DNA of 64,000 bases, taken from assembly GCF_006345805.1 (NCBI RefSeq), contig NC_042997.1, forward strand, positions 132,742,001 through 132,806,000, given 5' to 3'. The notes under the pieces were generated by a model. It ran no database searches. It was not told where the DNA came from and was given only the letters and a program-made list of their open reading frames with translations. Source of the DNA: Octopus sinensis. Taxonomy: Eukaryota. This document shows positions 30,973 to 43,957 of this stretch, in pieces (position 1 is the stretch's first letter; every line of letters starts with the position of its first letter). The position numbers were made by a program, and so were the translations under genes.

Positions 30973-31469
30973 ATGAACAAAGGAGACGAACAGGTAGAGA
31001 ATACGATATTATATTGGTTAACAGACCATCCAGTCATTTTAACTAAATATAAATGAAATTATGTACGCTTATTGCACATGCAACCACCCAGCCGCCCTCT
31101 CATACACACATACGCACACCCCAACACACATGCACACACAAACTTACATGCGGGCGCGCACACACACACATACACACACACACCACATACTCAACATATT
31201 GGGAAATAGAGTGTGAAAGAGCAATTTTGTTTATCTATCTTCATAACAGTGTGAAGTACTTATCTATTGATGAATTTAGACGATCGTTTTACGCTAGAAG
31301 GGAATTGTTCTGGCCCTTTGCGGTCTGGGTTCAAATCTCACCGGAGTTATATTTGGCCTTCTACTCTCTGGGGTCTATGAAATACAATACTAATAATGTA
31401 ACCGTGTGGACTACTAATTCTTTACTCTTAAAATTGTTTGTCTTGTCCCTAAATTAGACGTCATTATTC

Positions 31470-32870
31470 TTTTCTGCTCTAGGCACAAGGCCCGAAATTT
31501 TGGGGGAGTGGGCCAGTCGATTAGATCGACCTCATGCGCAACTGGTACTTAATTTATCGACCCCAAAAGCATGAAAGGCAAAGTCAGCGTCGGCAGTATT
31601 TGAACTCAGAACATAAAGACAGATGGAAAGATTTGACGTCATTATTACAAGGCCGTGAAAGGTAACGAGCTGGCAGAACTGGTAGCACGCAGGGGAAAAT
31701 GCTTAGTAACTCTTCGTCCGTCTTTAAGTTCAGAGTTCTAATTCCGCCGAAGGCGACGTTGCCTTTCACCCTTGCGGCGAATTTATTACCTGTCAAGCAC
31801 TAACGTCAATGTAATCAACTTACCCCTTCTCCACAAAAATTTCCTGGCAGGAAGGATTGTTACAATGCCATGAAAGACAGAAAATGACAGAGTCGTAAGC
31901 AACCAGGTAAAATGCATAGCAGCATTTGATCAGTCTTTCAGTTATGAGTTCAAATTCCGCCGAGGTTGACTTTGCCTTTCATCCTTTCGGAGTCAATAAA
32001 ATAAACACCAGAAGGCGGCGAGGTGGCAGAAACGTTAGCACGCCGGGCGAAATGCTTAGCGTTATTTCGTCTGCCGCTATGTTCTGAGTTCAAATTATGC
32101 CGAGGTCGACTTTGCGTTTGATCCTTTCGGGGTCGATAAATTAAGTACCAGTTACGCACTGGGGTCGATGTAATCGACTTAATCCCCCTGTCTGTCCTTG
32201 TTTGTCCCATCTATGTTTAGCCCCTTTTGGGGGATAAAGAAATAAGAAACGCTAGCACGCCGGGCGAAATGCTTAGCGGTAATTTATCTGTCTTTTCGTT
32301 CTGAATTCAAATTCCACCGAGGTCGACTTTGCCTTTCATCTTTTCGGAGCCAATAAATTATGTACTAGTTGCATAATGGAGGTGGATCTAATCGACTGGC
32401 TCCTTCCCTCAAAATTTCGGGCCTTGCGCCTAGAGTAGAAAAGAAAAAAAATTAAACACCAGTCAGGAACTGGTATCAATTGGATGGACTTTACCCCTCC
32501 ACTCAGAAACTGCTGGCCTTATGCTAAAACCTGAAACCATTATTCTTATATCCTTTAGAGGTCGATGAAATATCTACCAGTTGCGCACTGGGTCGATGTA
32601 ATCGACTTGCCCCCGCCCCCAAAATTCCAGACCTTGTGCCTATACTAGAAAGGGTTATCAACAATATTGATTTCAGATTTTTTTGCACAAGTCCAGCAAG
32701 CTCGGGGAAGGCTGTAAGTCGATTACATCAACCCTAGTGTATAACTGGTACTTATTTCATTGACCTCGAAACGGTGACAGGCAAAGGCAGAATTTGAACT
32801 CAGAAAGTAAAGACAAGCGAATTGACTCCAAGCATTTTGTCCAGTGTACTAACGAGTGTGTCAGCTCACC
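31470..32870. mobile_element. Cluster of at least 6 nested or adjacent family A SINEs on both strands
   Basis: Repeated GAGTTCAAATTC / GCCTTTCATCC / AAGTACCAG modules. The dimer at 32014-32450 is inserted in an older copy with TSD TAAACACCAG. Confidence 0.85.
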
Positions 32871-33217
32871 GCATCAGGATTATTAATATTATTATTAAAA
32901 AGGATAGGATGAGAAAATTGGTGCCAGATTTTAAAATAATTAAAAACCAATGGGGTTGATCTGTATTAGATAAATGGTAAAAGATGCAACATGGATGGTT
33001 TGAGAATATTTTATTAGGGGTCAATAAATGTGTAACCCTGAAAATGCAGGTTTTGTAGACAGTTAACACGGGTTACATGGCATAAAATCTATTAAATTTG
33101 GAAAATAATGGCGACATTATGTATATATGACTGTGAGCTTAAATACATGTACATATGTTTATGTGTGTATAAGTACATACGAGTTTGTGTGTGTTTATTA
33201 TATACATAGATATATAC

Positions 33218-33622
33218 TTACTTGTTTCAGTCATTTGACTGCGGCCATGCTGGAGCACCGCCTTTAGTCGGGCAAATCGACCCCAGGTTTTATTCTTTGT
33301 AAGCCTAGTACTTATTTTATTGGTCTCTTTTGCCAAACCGCTTAGTTACGGGGTTGTAAACACGCTACCATCGGTTGTCAAGCGATGTTGGGGCGGGGAC
33401 AAACACAGATACACAAACATATACACGCACATACTTATATATATATATGCAAATATACGACGGGCTTCTTTCAGTTTTCGTCAAGCAAATCCACTCACAA
33501 GGCCTTGGTCGGCCCGAGGCTATAGTAGAAGACACTTGCCCAAGGTGCCATGCAGTAGGAATGAAACCGGAACCATGTGGTTTGTAAGCAAACTACTTAC
33601 TACACAGCTAATCCTGCACCTA
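33218..33622 (-). mobile_element. SINE family C
   Basis: Matches the 21888 and 46514 copies. Confidence 0.88.
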
Positions 33623-33950
33623 TACTCCTGAAATTACTTTGTTGGTTGTATTATATAGCAACAATGACTGGTGGAACACGTGCTTTATATTTCTTGATAC
33701 AGTATATGCTATTTGACACCTAGCTAAATGAAATCATTCCGCATTCAACAATATTTCACGTCCACTAACAATAGATACTCTTCCATTCTTTACGTCTGGT
33801 GAACTGCTTTCACACAACACATTTTTTCTGATCGTTTCGTTTCATATTTCTGCGCTTCCCCACCAAGAGTTCATGTTGTAAGACTTCATATATTATTAGT
33901 TTGTTGGCCCCACTTTACTTCATAATGGAGGCCCCACTTTACTTCATAAT

Positions 33951-34258
33951 GGAGGTGCAGTGGTTAGGGCAGCGGAATCGCGGTCGGGGGATCGTGATTT
34001 CAATTCCCAGACGGGACTTGTGTGTGTTTATTGAGTGAAATCACCTAAAGCTACACGAGGCTCCGACAGTGGGTGGTAGCGACCCCTGTTGTACTCTTCC
34101 AGCCCAACTTTCTCTCGCTCTTTCTTCCTGTTTCTTTAGTAACGCTGCGATGGACTGGCGTCACATCCAGCTGGGGGGGGGGGATGGGACACATACGCCA
34201 TAGAAACCTTGAAACCGGGCCCATGAGCCTGGCTAGGCTTGAAAAGGGGGCATAAATA
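33951..34258 (+). mobile_element. SINE family B with V-like tail
   Basis: Homologous to the 2372 copy. TSD ACTTTACTTCATAAT at 33936-50 and 34265-79. Confidence 0.88.
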
Positions 34259-35101
34259 TAAAAAACTTTACTTCATAATCTTCTTGGTATTATCTTTTTA
34301 CTCTCTCTCTCTCTCTTTATATATATTTTTGTTTATATGTGTGTATATATATATAAATCATCTATCTATGTGTCTGTCCGTCCGCCTGTCAGTGTTAGTG
34401 TGTGAATGTGTATATATATGTGCATACACACACACATGTATATATGTATGTATGCATGCATGTACTACATACATGCATGCGTACGTACATCTATACATGC
34501 ATATATACATACCTGTCATTAATTCCAATAATCCTGTTGTCCAACTCAACTTTTGCAATTCTGAAATTCTATAATTTAATAATTTAATAATTTTAAAATA
34601 TTGTAATTTGATAATTTTACGATTCAGATGTGATAAGTCTATAATTTTATTATTTCATAACGTTTCAACTATGCACTGTGCATTCTGTAATTTGTATTCG
34701 TAATTGTGTTTTGCATTTCGTATATAGCATTTAAAAAATATATATCATGTAAATCGTACGGAAGTACATTCTAATGCTTGTGCACTTTTGCAATTAGCGT
34801 GAGTTTATTTTCATTTTTTGGGCAAACAACTACACCTATAATTTTTACAATATTTATAATTTGAATATATTCGCATGACTATCAATCTTCTGTATATTTT
34901 TTTTTTTGTTTCTATATCCATGTATTTTTGTATTTTACATTTTTCTGTATGTTGCAATTCCTACATTTCTTACCGTTACAAAAGTTCATAATTTTAAAAT
35001 TTTATTAATTTGTAACTTTGCAAGTATATAACTTATTATTTCCGCAGCTCTATAATTTACTTATATGCATAGCTGTATATGTGTCAATGTGTGTGTGTGT
35101 G

Positions 35102-35148
<47 letters not shown>

Positions 35149-35427
35149 TTGTATATATAATTATATATATATCTATATATATCTATAATATATATTATGT
35201 ATGTATTGTATATATATAATATATATAGATATATATATATATATAGATATATATATACATGTATATATATATGTATGTGTATAAATATATATTTGTGTGT
35301 GTATGTTATATATATATATATATATATAGATTATATATATATATAAGATATATATATACATGTATATATATATGTATGTGTATAAATATATATATGTGTG
35401 TGTGTATGTATATTATATATATATATG

Positions 35428-35464
<37 letters not shown>

Positions 35465-35543
35465 GTATGTATATATATATGTATATATATATGTATATAT
35501 GTATATATATATGTGTGTGTACGTATATATATGCATGTATTTA

Positions 35544-35582
<39 letters not shown>

Positions 35583-35867
35583 TTCAACAATTGAGGGCAA
35601 AATTAATTAATTATTAATCAATTTCACCAAGTGTTCAGTATGCAAAGGGACCATTCAAGGCGAATTCAAATTATTACATTATATAAAAGGGCTTAGTAAA
35701 ATAAATTACTTTGCCGCATACTGAACTCATTAGAAATAGCAGCTAAAAAACTTTTTTAAAGCTATTTCTAATACTTAAAGAAAATCTCTCTCATATATAG
35801 TGTTTGCTTAATTCAACTCACAAAAGTTGGGGGTAAGGACATCGAAAAATCAAATGCTAAGGTTATT

Positions 35868-35917
35868 TGAGACGTACGTTTCAAGATTAGTCAAAACACA
35901 CTTCTATCATCAGCTCA
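35868..35917 (-). ncRNA. Hammerhead ribozyme, array 1 copy 1
   Basis: Reverse complement TGAG CTGATGA ... GAAA CGTACG T(T)CTCA, with one T fewer in this copy. Confidence 0.7.
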
Positions 35918-36405
35918 GAAATTCCTTGGTTTGGATTTGGAAACACTGAAACTAAGAACATACCCTTTCGAAGATCTGCTCGTAACTAACAGTGCCAACA
36001 AATTCAAATAAGCAAGCGAAGAATCTCTGTTCTCCCCTTTCCACCAGCGTGGGTTAAAATCATCAAACACTATGCTTATTTCGGTAAAATCCGAAGCATT
36101 AATCAGGGAGATTAATTATAATTTCAACAATTGAGGGCAAAATTAATTAATTATTAATCAATTTCACCAAGTGTTCAGTATGCAAGGGACCATTCAAGTC
36201 GAATTCAAATTATTACATTATATAAAGGCTTAGTAAAATAAATTACTTTGCCGCATACTGAACTCATTAGAAATAGCAGCTAAAAAACTTTTTTAAAGCT
36301 ATTTCTAATACTTAAAGAAAATCTCTCTCATATATAGTGTTTGCTTAATTCAACTCACAAAAGTTTGGGGGTAAGGACATCGAAAAATCAAATGCTAAGG
36401 TTATT

Positions 36406-36456
36406 TGAGAACGTACGTTTCAAGATTAGTCAAAACACACTTCTATCATCAGCTCA
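36406..36456 (-). ncRNA. Hammerhead ribozyme, array 1 copy 2
   Basis: Reverse complement TGAG CTGATGA tAGAAGT..ACTaaTCTt GAAA CGTACG TT CTCA. Confidence 0.75.
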
Positions 36457-37056
36457 GAAATTCCTTGGTTTGGATTGGAAACACTGAAAATAAGAACATA
36501 CCCTTTCGAAGATCTGCTCGTAACTAACAGTGCCAACAAATTCAAATAAGCAAGCGAAGAATCTCTGTTCTCCCCTTTCCACCAGCGTGGGTTAAAATCA
36601 TCAAACACTATGCTTATTTCGGTAAAATCCGAAGCATTAATCAGAGGGAGATTAATTATAATTTCAACAATTGAGGGCAAAATTAATTAATTATTAATCA
36701 ATTTCTAATGAGTTCAGTATGCGGCAAAGTAATTTATTTTACTAAGCCCTTTTATATAATGTAATAATTTGAATTCGCCTTGAATGGTCCCTTTGCATAC
36801 TGAACACTTGGTGAAATTGATTAATAATTAATTATTTTGCCCTCAATTGTTGAAATTATAATTAATCTCCCTCTGATTAATGCTTCGGATTTTACCGAAA
36901 TAAGCATAGTGTTGATGATTTTAACCCACGCTGGTGAAGGGAGAACAGAGATTCTTCGCTTGCTTATTTGAATTTGTTGGCACTGTTAGTTACGAGCAGA
37001 TCTTCGAAAGGGTATGTTCTTATTTTCAGTGTTTCCAAATCCAACCAAGGAATTTC

Positions 37057-37108
37057 TGAGCTGATGATAGAAGTGTTGTTTTGACTAATCTTGAAACGTA
37101 CGTTCTCA
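37057..37108 (+). ncRNA. Hammerhead ribozyme, array 1 copy 3
   Basis: TGAG CTGATGA tagaagtgttgttttgactaatctt GAAA CGTACG TT CTCA. Confidence 0.75.
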
Positions 37109-37597
37109 AATAACCTTAGCATTTGATTTTTCGATGTCCTTACCCCCAACTTTTGTGAGTTGAATTAAGCAAACACTATATATGAGAGAGATTTTCTTTA
37201 AGTATTAGAAATAGCTTTAAAAAAGTTTTTTAGCTGCTATTTCTAATGAGTTCAGTATGCGGCAAATAATTTATTTTACTAAGCCCTTTTATATAATGTA
37301 ATAATTTGAATTCGCCTTGAATGGTCCCTTTGCATACTGAACACTTGGTGAAATTGATTAATAATTAATTAATTTTGCCCTCAATTGTTGAAATTATAAT
37401 TAATCTCCCTCTGATTAATGCTTCGGATTTTACCGACATAAGCATAGTGTTTGTTGATTTTAACCCACGCTGGTGGAAAGGGGGGAACAGAGATTCTTCG
37501 CTTGCTTATTTGAATTTGTTGGCACTGTTAGTTACGAGCAGATCTTCGAAGGGTATGTTCTTATTTTAGTGTTTCCAAATCCAAACCAAGGAATTTC

Positions 37598-37650
37598 TGA
37601 GCTGATGATAGAAGTGTTGTTTTGGACTATCTTGAAACGTACGTTTCTCA
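37598..37650 (+). ncRNA. Hammerhead ribozyme, array 1 copy 4
   Basis: Same motif with homopolymer indels. Confidence 0.7.
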
Positions 37651-38146
37651 ATAATACCTTTAGCATTTGATTTTTCGATGTCCTTACCCCCAAACTTTTT
37701 GTGCTTGAATTAGCAACACTATATACTATGATAGAGAGATTTTCTTTAAGTATTAAAATAGCTTTAAAAAAGTTTTTTAGCTGCTATTTCTAATGAGTTC
37801 AGTATGCGGCAAAGTAATTTATTTTACTAAGCCCTTTTATATAATGTAATAATTTGAATTCGCCTTGAATGGTCCCTTTGCATACTGAACACTTGGTGAA
37901 ATTGATTAATAATTAATTAATTTTGCCCTCAATTGTTGAAATTATAATTAATCTCCCTCTGATTAATGCTTCGGATTTTACCGAAATAAGCATAGTGTTT
38001 GATGATTTTAACCCACGCTGGTGGAAAGGGAGAACAGAGATTCTTCGCTTGCTTATTTGAATTTGTTGGCACTGTTAGTTACGAGCAGATCTTCGAAAGG
38101 GTATGTTCTTATTTTCAGTGTTTCCAAATCCAAACCAAGGAATTTC

Positions 38147-38198
38147 TGAGCTGATGATAGAAGTGTTGTTTTGACTAATCTTGAAACGTACGTTCTCA
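38147..38198 (+). ncRNA. Hammerhead ribozyme, array 1 copy 5
   Basis: Same motif as the 37057 copy. Confidence 0.75.
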
Positions 38199-38399
38199 AA
38201 TAACCTTAGCATTTGATTTTTCGATGTCCTTACCCCCAAACTTTTGTGAGTTGAATTAAGCAAACACTATATATGAGAGAGATTTTCTTTAAGTATTAGA
38301 AATAGCTTTAAAAGTTTTTTAGCTGCTATTTCTAATGAGTTCAGTATGCGGCCAAGTAATTTATTTTACTAAGCCCTTTTATATAATATATAATATACA

Positions 38400-38432
<33 letters not shown>

Positions 38433-38481
38433 AGCAAATTAGCTGGTTACAAAATCTCAAGAAGAGATAGAATAGTAACGT

Positions 38482-38514
<33 letters not shown>

Positions 38515-38516
<2 letters not shown>

Positions 38517-38720
38517 TTAATCCAAACAAGAAAACAAAAACAAAAAAACAACAACGCAAGGACGTGGAACAAATAAAGTATTATTAGACGCTCAGAAAAG
38601 AAGGGAAAAGAGGGTTTGTCGTTTCGAGCGGAGCTCTTCGTCGGAAACATAGGAGAAGGAAAGATCGCGAGAAGGGAAGACAGGGGAAAACAATCGCTAG
38701 TGATACAGACGAGGTCACAT
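38515..38720 (-). mobile_element. ~200-bp solo PLE-tail-like element (family E) with minimal HHR at 38614-38648
   Basis: Reverse complement GTTT CCGACGA a GAGC tcc GCTC GAAA CG AC AAAC. Homologues at 47890, 58845, 59050 and 63485. Abuts (TA)n. Confidence 0.7.
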
Positions 38721-38892
38721 ACTAAAAGACGGAAGTAGTAAAAGTAGAAGAATAATGTTTTTAAAAAACAGGAGATCTATATCAAAGACAGTATGGTAAA
38801 GAAAGTGAGGGGGGATGTGTGTGGGTGTAGTGCGTGCGGGGAGGTCAGCGTGTGCGTGTGTGTGTGTGTGTGTACATTCCACTATATATATA

Positions 38893-39123
38893 GGGCGGCG
38901 AGCTGGCAGAAACGTTTGAACGCCGGGCGAAATGCGTAGCCGTATTTCGTCTGCCGTTACGTTCTGAGTTCAAATTCCGCCGAGGTCGACTTTGCCTTTT
39001 ATCCTTTCGAGGTCGATAAATTATGTACCAGTTACGCACTGGGGTCGATATAATCTACTTAATCCGTTTGTCTGTGACTGTTTGCCCTCTCTGTGTTTAG
39101 CCCCTTGTGGGTAGTAAAGAAAT
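38893..39123 (+). mobile_element. SINE family A monomer
   Basis: Near-consensus head, core and tail 1, inserted in (TA)n. Confidence 0.9.
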
Positions 39124-39244
39124 ATATATATAGAGAGAGAGTGAAGTATACACACACATATTTATATGTAGGTACGAATGCATTATATATATTATATTAT
39201 ATATATATATATATATATAATATATATATATATATATTTATATA

Positions 39245-39387
39245 AGAGGAATGACCACTAAAGTGGATTCCTATACGCTAGACATTTTGGAGTTTTGCTA
39301 GGTTTTTTATTGAGAACACACGCTTTGTGATAAGGCGATTTGACGTCTATCTTTAGTATAAAGGAATCCACTTTAGTGGTCATTCCT
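39245..39387. repeat. Foldback inverted repeat
   Basis: AGGAATGACCACTAAAGTGGATTCCT ... AGGAATCCACTTTAGTGGTCATTCCT. Confidence 0.85.
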
Positions 39388-39508
39388 CTTACTAATTGTA
39401 ATATAAATCTTCGGACTATTTTGATATGCTAGACCAGTGGTTTAAATTGATGTTAATTGATTTATATCAAAAATTTCTCCCCTCATTATTTAATATATAT
39501 ATATGTGT

Positions 39509-39587
<79 letters not shown>

Positions 39588-39741
39588 TAAATATATAAGA
39601 GTTAATGGTGTCATTGAGAACCAAAGGTGTCAGGTAATGCTGAATAAGTGCTATAGATAGACCATAGTTAAGTTCCAGATTGGGTAATATTGCAAATAAA
39701 TGGTTCGACGTTGGTTCTATATCAGCGTGTGTATATAAGAA

Positions 39742-39869
39742 TTTTTTGCGTAATAAGATAAAAAACCAAGGATGTATAGATATTAGAGCATTTATAGATA
39801 GATGCACTAATATCTATAAATGCTCTAATACCTATACAGCCTTGGCTTTTTGTCTTATTACGCAAAAAA
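39742..39869. repeat. Foldback made of two PLE tail ends
   Basis: ~58-bp inverted arms homologous to 14899-14960, the tail downstream of the 14842 HHR. Flanked by TA repeats. Confidence 0.85.
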
Positions 39870-40076
39870 TATATATATATATCAATGTATATGTACATTG
39901 ACACATATACAGCTATGCATATAAGTGAATTATAGTGATGCCGAAATTATAAGTTATATACTTGCAAATTTACAAATGAACAAAATTTTTAAATTACGAA
40001 CTTTCGTAAAGGTAAGAAATGTAGGAATTGCAAAATACAAAATTACGAGAAATTTTGGATGAAAATTTATAAAGCA

Positions 40077-40119
<43 letters not shown>

Positions 40120-40124
<5 letters not shown>

Positions 40125-40457
40125 AAGACCCCCTTCGGTCATGAATGACCATGGGATTGCACCTAGAAAGTTACCCTCCTAGACACAAGTCCGGGCAAGG
40201 TTGTTTATGGAAGGCTAGCAGTCGCCCATGCATACCAGCCTCCCCTCTCCACGCCACCAGTGTTATCCAAGGGAAAGACAAAGGTCGATACAGCTTGGCA
40301 CCTGTGATGTCGCAACTCATTTCTACAGCTGAGTGAACTGGAGCAACGTGAAATAAAGTGCCTTGCTCGAGAACACAACACGCAGCCCGTTCCGGGATTC
40401 GAGCTCACAACCTCACGATCGTAAGCTCGACGCTCTAACCACTGAGCCATGCGCCTT
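40120..40457 (-). mobile_element. SINE family D, young copy
   Basis: Reverse complement GGCGCATGGCTCAGTGGTTAGAGCG..GAGCTCGAATCCC..CACGTTGCTCCAGTTCACTCAGCTG, with its own tail. Confidence 0.88.
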
Positions 40458-40573
40458 ACATATATATCCTTTCAGTTCATGTATGGGAAAACATTTTGAG
40501 TGCACTTACGCTCTTCATTCCCGCTACTGCTTTATGAATTTCCATCTAAAATTTTTCGTTATTAATATACATT

Positions 40574-40670
<97 letters not shown>

Positions 40671-40784
40671 TGTGTATACATATATACGTATGTACTTATG
40701 TATGTGTGTTTTTGTGTTAAATAAAATGAGACAACACAGCCTAGGCTGTGTGGAGTTTTCAGGACATTTATAAATAGAATGTTA

Positions 40785-40832
40785 ATCTTACAGCTGTTTC
40801 TCGGATCTTAGGGATAATCCGTCATCAGAGAT
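40785..40832 (-). ncRNA. Minimal type I hammerhead
   Basis: Reverse complement ATCT CTGATGA CGGAT tatccctaag ATCCG a GAAA CAGCTG TA AGAT. Confidence 0.8.
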
Positions 40833-41352
40833 GATGTGAAATGGTTAAATAGAGGGAAATATTAGAGTTCAATATAGGAGTTATTTTGGAAAAAGAAGCA
40901 CATATGTAATATACAGGGAAATAGGAGAATAAATGTAGAAATAAAAATAAAAATGTGTAAAGATGTTATAGTTACTCAATTCTACAACTATATATATAGG
41001 ATCACCTATAAATTTTAAACATCGATACACTGTGCATCTAAATTCTTTTAGATGCAAGTAACTCAGTAAATCCCCAACATTCGCCAGTTACATATATCAT
41101 CTCCAAAATAGAAATACTCCCTATATCTTGTCATGGTCCATAATAGATTCAGGACTTCCATATCAAGGTCAACGCTCAGCCTGTAATCTATGACCTACAA
41201 GAGGCATTTCACATATTAAAACACAGCTGTTTCGTATATGCATTTAGGATCGCTCATGGTTCCATTTTATCAATCAATCGATTGATCGACAGAAAGTATG
41301 TAGTTGCGTTTTTCTCTGTTTCTCACTCTTTCTTTCTCTCTATCATTCTGTG

Positions 41353-41435
41353 CCATCTCATTCTGCCTCCATCTCATTCTGCCTCCATCTCATTCTGCCT
41401 CCATCTCATTCTGCCTCCGTCTTATTCTGCCTCCA
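41353..41435. repeat. 16-bp minisatellite (CCATCTCATTCTGCCT)x5
   Basis: Seen directly. Confidence 0.9.
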
Positions 41436-42164
41436 TATCTACTACTGTGTAGATACTATGAACTATTAAATTGTCTGAACTGAATTTTTAAATCACCATA
41501 TATTTGAAAAATTTCGTTAAAACTGTATGTTCATCATATTCGTTGTTTCAGCAAGACCGTCATTGAATAAAGTCTAACGATACATTACGAAAGAAGACTT
41601 TGTAATTATATCGTCTTCACAGCAGGAACATATCACTTGCCAAAGGAAAAGTAAAATGAAATGAAAAGAAATCGGATGGAATCTGGTCAGTATGGAATTT
41701 ATACAAAATTAGGTCACCTGTTTCAAGCTACCGACCTTAAGCTATTGATCTCCCTTAAAACTAGGGAATAATATTTATATCCAGTAAAGAAATTTGATAC
41801 CCTACAACTTCTTTATGTTCAGTGGCAGGCTTTTGGTGTTTAATACTATATTTTTCGAAAGTATGTTAGTCAGTGTTTGGCTCTTGGCGTTTACTGCTAT
41901 AGTTTTGGAAGCTACGGGAGTGGATGCAACCGGCAGCTATGGATTGCTAATTATTTTAGCACGAAGTATCAACATCTATTTAGTTACCGGGAATTCATAT
42001 AAGTATAAACCAGTTAGCAGGTGTGGTTAGGACTAGTGATCAGGTTTTATAAATAAATATATAAACTATAACAGGTACATAAACAGTAAGATGAAGACTG
42101 CATATACATATATACATGTGTGTATTATAGACAGAAACAATGAACAAGAAAACCGTAATAACAC

Positions 42165-42622
42165 GTTAGAGCATATAATTTATAATCCAAAACAATTGCA
42201 GAATTGTCAGATTAAATAAGGGATTATGCATAAAGTCTCTTACAGTTCTTTCTAGAATAGTCGTGCATACAGTACATATCACATTGAGCAAAAATTTCCA
42301 TATAAAAGCCAACTACACCGTCGTCAGAAAGGAAGCATTAAGGAAAATCCTTAATACAGGATATTAGCATTTATCAGTTCTGCAGTCTTTGACGATGAAC
42401 TTGGTGAGTACAAACATCTTTTACTAAGGATATTCCTTAATTCTCAAACTCTGAAGACGGTATAGTTGGCTTTTATATGGAAATCGTTGCTCAATGAAAT
42501 ATGCACTATTTGCACAGCTATTCAAGAAACAGCTGTAAGAGATTTTATGCATAACTCCTTAATCTCTTATTTACTCTTACAACTCTGCAGTTACGTTTGC
42601 ATTATAAATTATATGCACTAAA
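42165..42622. mobile_element. Old tail-out foldback PLE-like element with a degenerate hammerhead in each arm
   Basis: Inverted arms at about 42165-42355 and 42424-42622. Plus arm: CTGAAGA..ATAGTTG...CAGCTAT..GAAA CAGCTG TA (42449-42539). Minus arm: CTGACGA...GAAA GAACTG TA (42238-42330). Confidence 0.72.
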
Positions 42623-43279
42623 GTGATATCACATGTTTTTCCATGAGATCTATACTTTCTAAAGCATGCTAAACAACGTATACTTGTGTGTGTATGTATG
42701 TGTGTGTGCCTATGCGTTTAAAATTAGATATACTCGTTTCCTTGGAAAATATTATTGAATACTGCCATACGTCCATTCTTCCATACACACATACATACAT
42801 ACATACTACATACATACATACATACATACATACATACATACAACATACATACGTACGTACATCATACATAATAATATATACATACGTATATAAAGAGAGA
42901 GAGCGAGAGAGAGTAGGGAAGAGAGAGAAAAATGCCTAGCAAAATGTCTGGATCGTGATTGATTGTCGTCAACTCTTTCCACTGATTACGCGTTCAGTGT
43001 TTAATAGTGTATTTTGTTTCCAGTTCTTTTTCTTTTTCATTTGAAATGCAAACTATGAAATTAAGTGAAAACTTATGACAAGTAACCTTATAACAAAATT
43101 TTAAATATAAGTGTGCGTGTGTGTGTATCTATGCATGTATTAAATTACTAACGTGTGTTAGTATTGTTTCGGTTCGTTTAGGGCACTAAAGAACGGTTGT
43201 TATGTATGTATGTATGTATGTATGTATGTATGTATGTTGTATGTATGTATGTATGTATGTATGTATGTATGTATGTATG

Positions 43280-43918
43280 TCCTTTTTCACATTTTAATTT
43301 AGAGTAAATTCTGACCTGCCACCTACTTGGTAGCAAGGTTGTGAAGGAATACGTCTAGGTGCAGGCGAGGAAGAAACCGAACGTTCGATGGCGAGAGGGC
43401 GAACGAACGAAACGGCGGCGGCTGCCGGCGGGCGAGCGAGCGAGCGAAGCTGCCGAGGCGCGAGGAGTAGAACGACGGCGACAGCAAGGGCGAGGGCGCT
43501 CACTTTAGGGCGGACGGGGCGGCGGCGGAAAGTCGGGGACGCGCCGGTCATGTAGAGTCGATCACGCGCAGGGTCGCGTGGGGCTACCCGTTGGCAGAAA
43601 GGAGCGACGAGAACATCCCTTCCAGACGGTCCTCTCTTCCGATCATCGACAACGCTACATAATGGTCTGGATCCCCTTGGGATGCGACGGTCACCTAAAG
43701 TGTGGCTGTTCCGCGTGGCACGTCCCGCAATTTGTTCACCAAACTTTAAATCTTGAGAAAGTCTTGCACGTTTTTATAGTTCCAGATATCGTGATCATTT
43801 GTAGCATATAAACTGAGGATTTGGGTTCTCTCCCTAAGATCCCAAGTTCAACCATACTTTGCTCCAGATGAGTTTGTATGTATCCTGTTGCTCTAATAAT
43901 AATGGGTATTAATGCTCG

Positions 43919-43921
<3 letters not shown>
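43280..43921 (-). mobile_element. RLE-class LINE 3' end with (CATA)n tail, interrupted by a GC-rich insert
   Basis: Minus strand IPIIIRATGYI...LQMITISGTIKTCKTFSRF resembles RLE LINE C-termini. (TG)n on the 5' side and (CATA)n on the 3' side. Confidence 0.6.
43340..43659. mobile_element. GC-rich 320-bp insert, possible solo LTR
   Basis: TGTGAAG...GCTACA termini and strong CpG enrichment. TSD only imperfect (AAGGT versus ta-ATGGT). Confidence 0.5.

Positions 43922-43954
<33 letters not shown>

Positions 43955-43957
<3 letters not shown>

Larger units (their letters stand above)
35581..38387. repeat. Hammerhead-containing ~540-bp tandem array with internal inversion (array 1)
   Basis: Units start at 35581, 36121 and 36661 (partial). 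Inverted units start at 36701, 37239, 37786 and 38328 (partial). Both flanks are (TA)n. Confidence 0.95.

Noticed and set aside
36426-37670. Recurrent 60-84 aa ORFs in array 1, and 60778-61071 in array 2
   Set aside because: Non-ATG starts, frames broken between near-identical units, and no recognisable motif.
43294-43551. Ala/Pro/Arg-rich ORF with a signal-peptide-like stretch
   Set aside because: A by-product of the GC-rich insert; it crosses the insert boundary.
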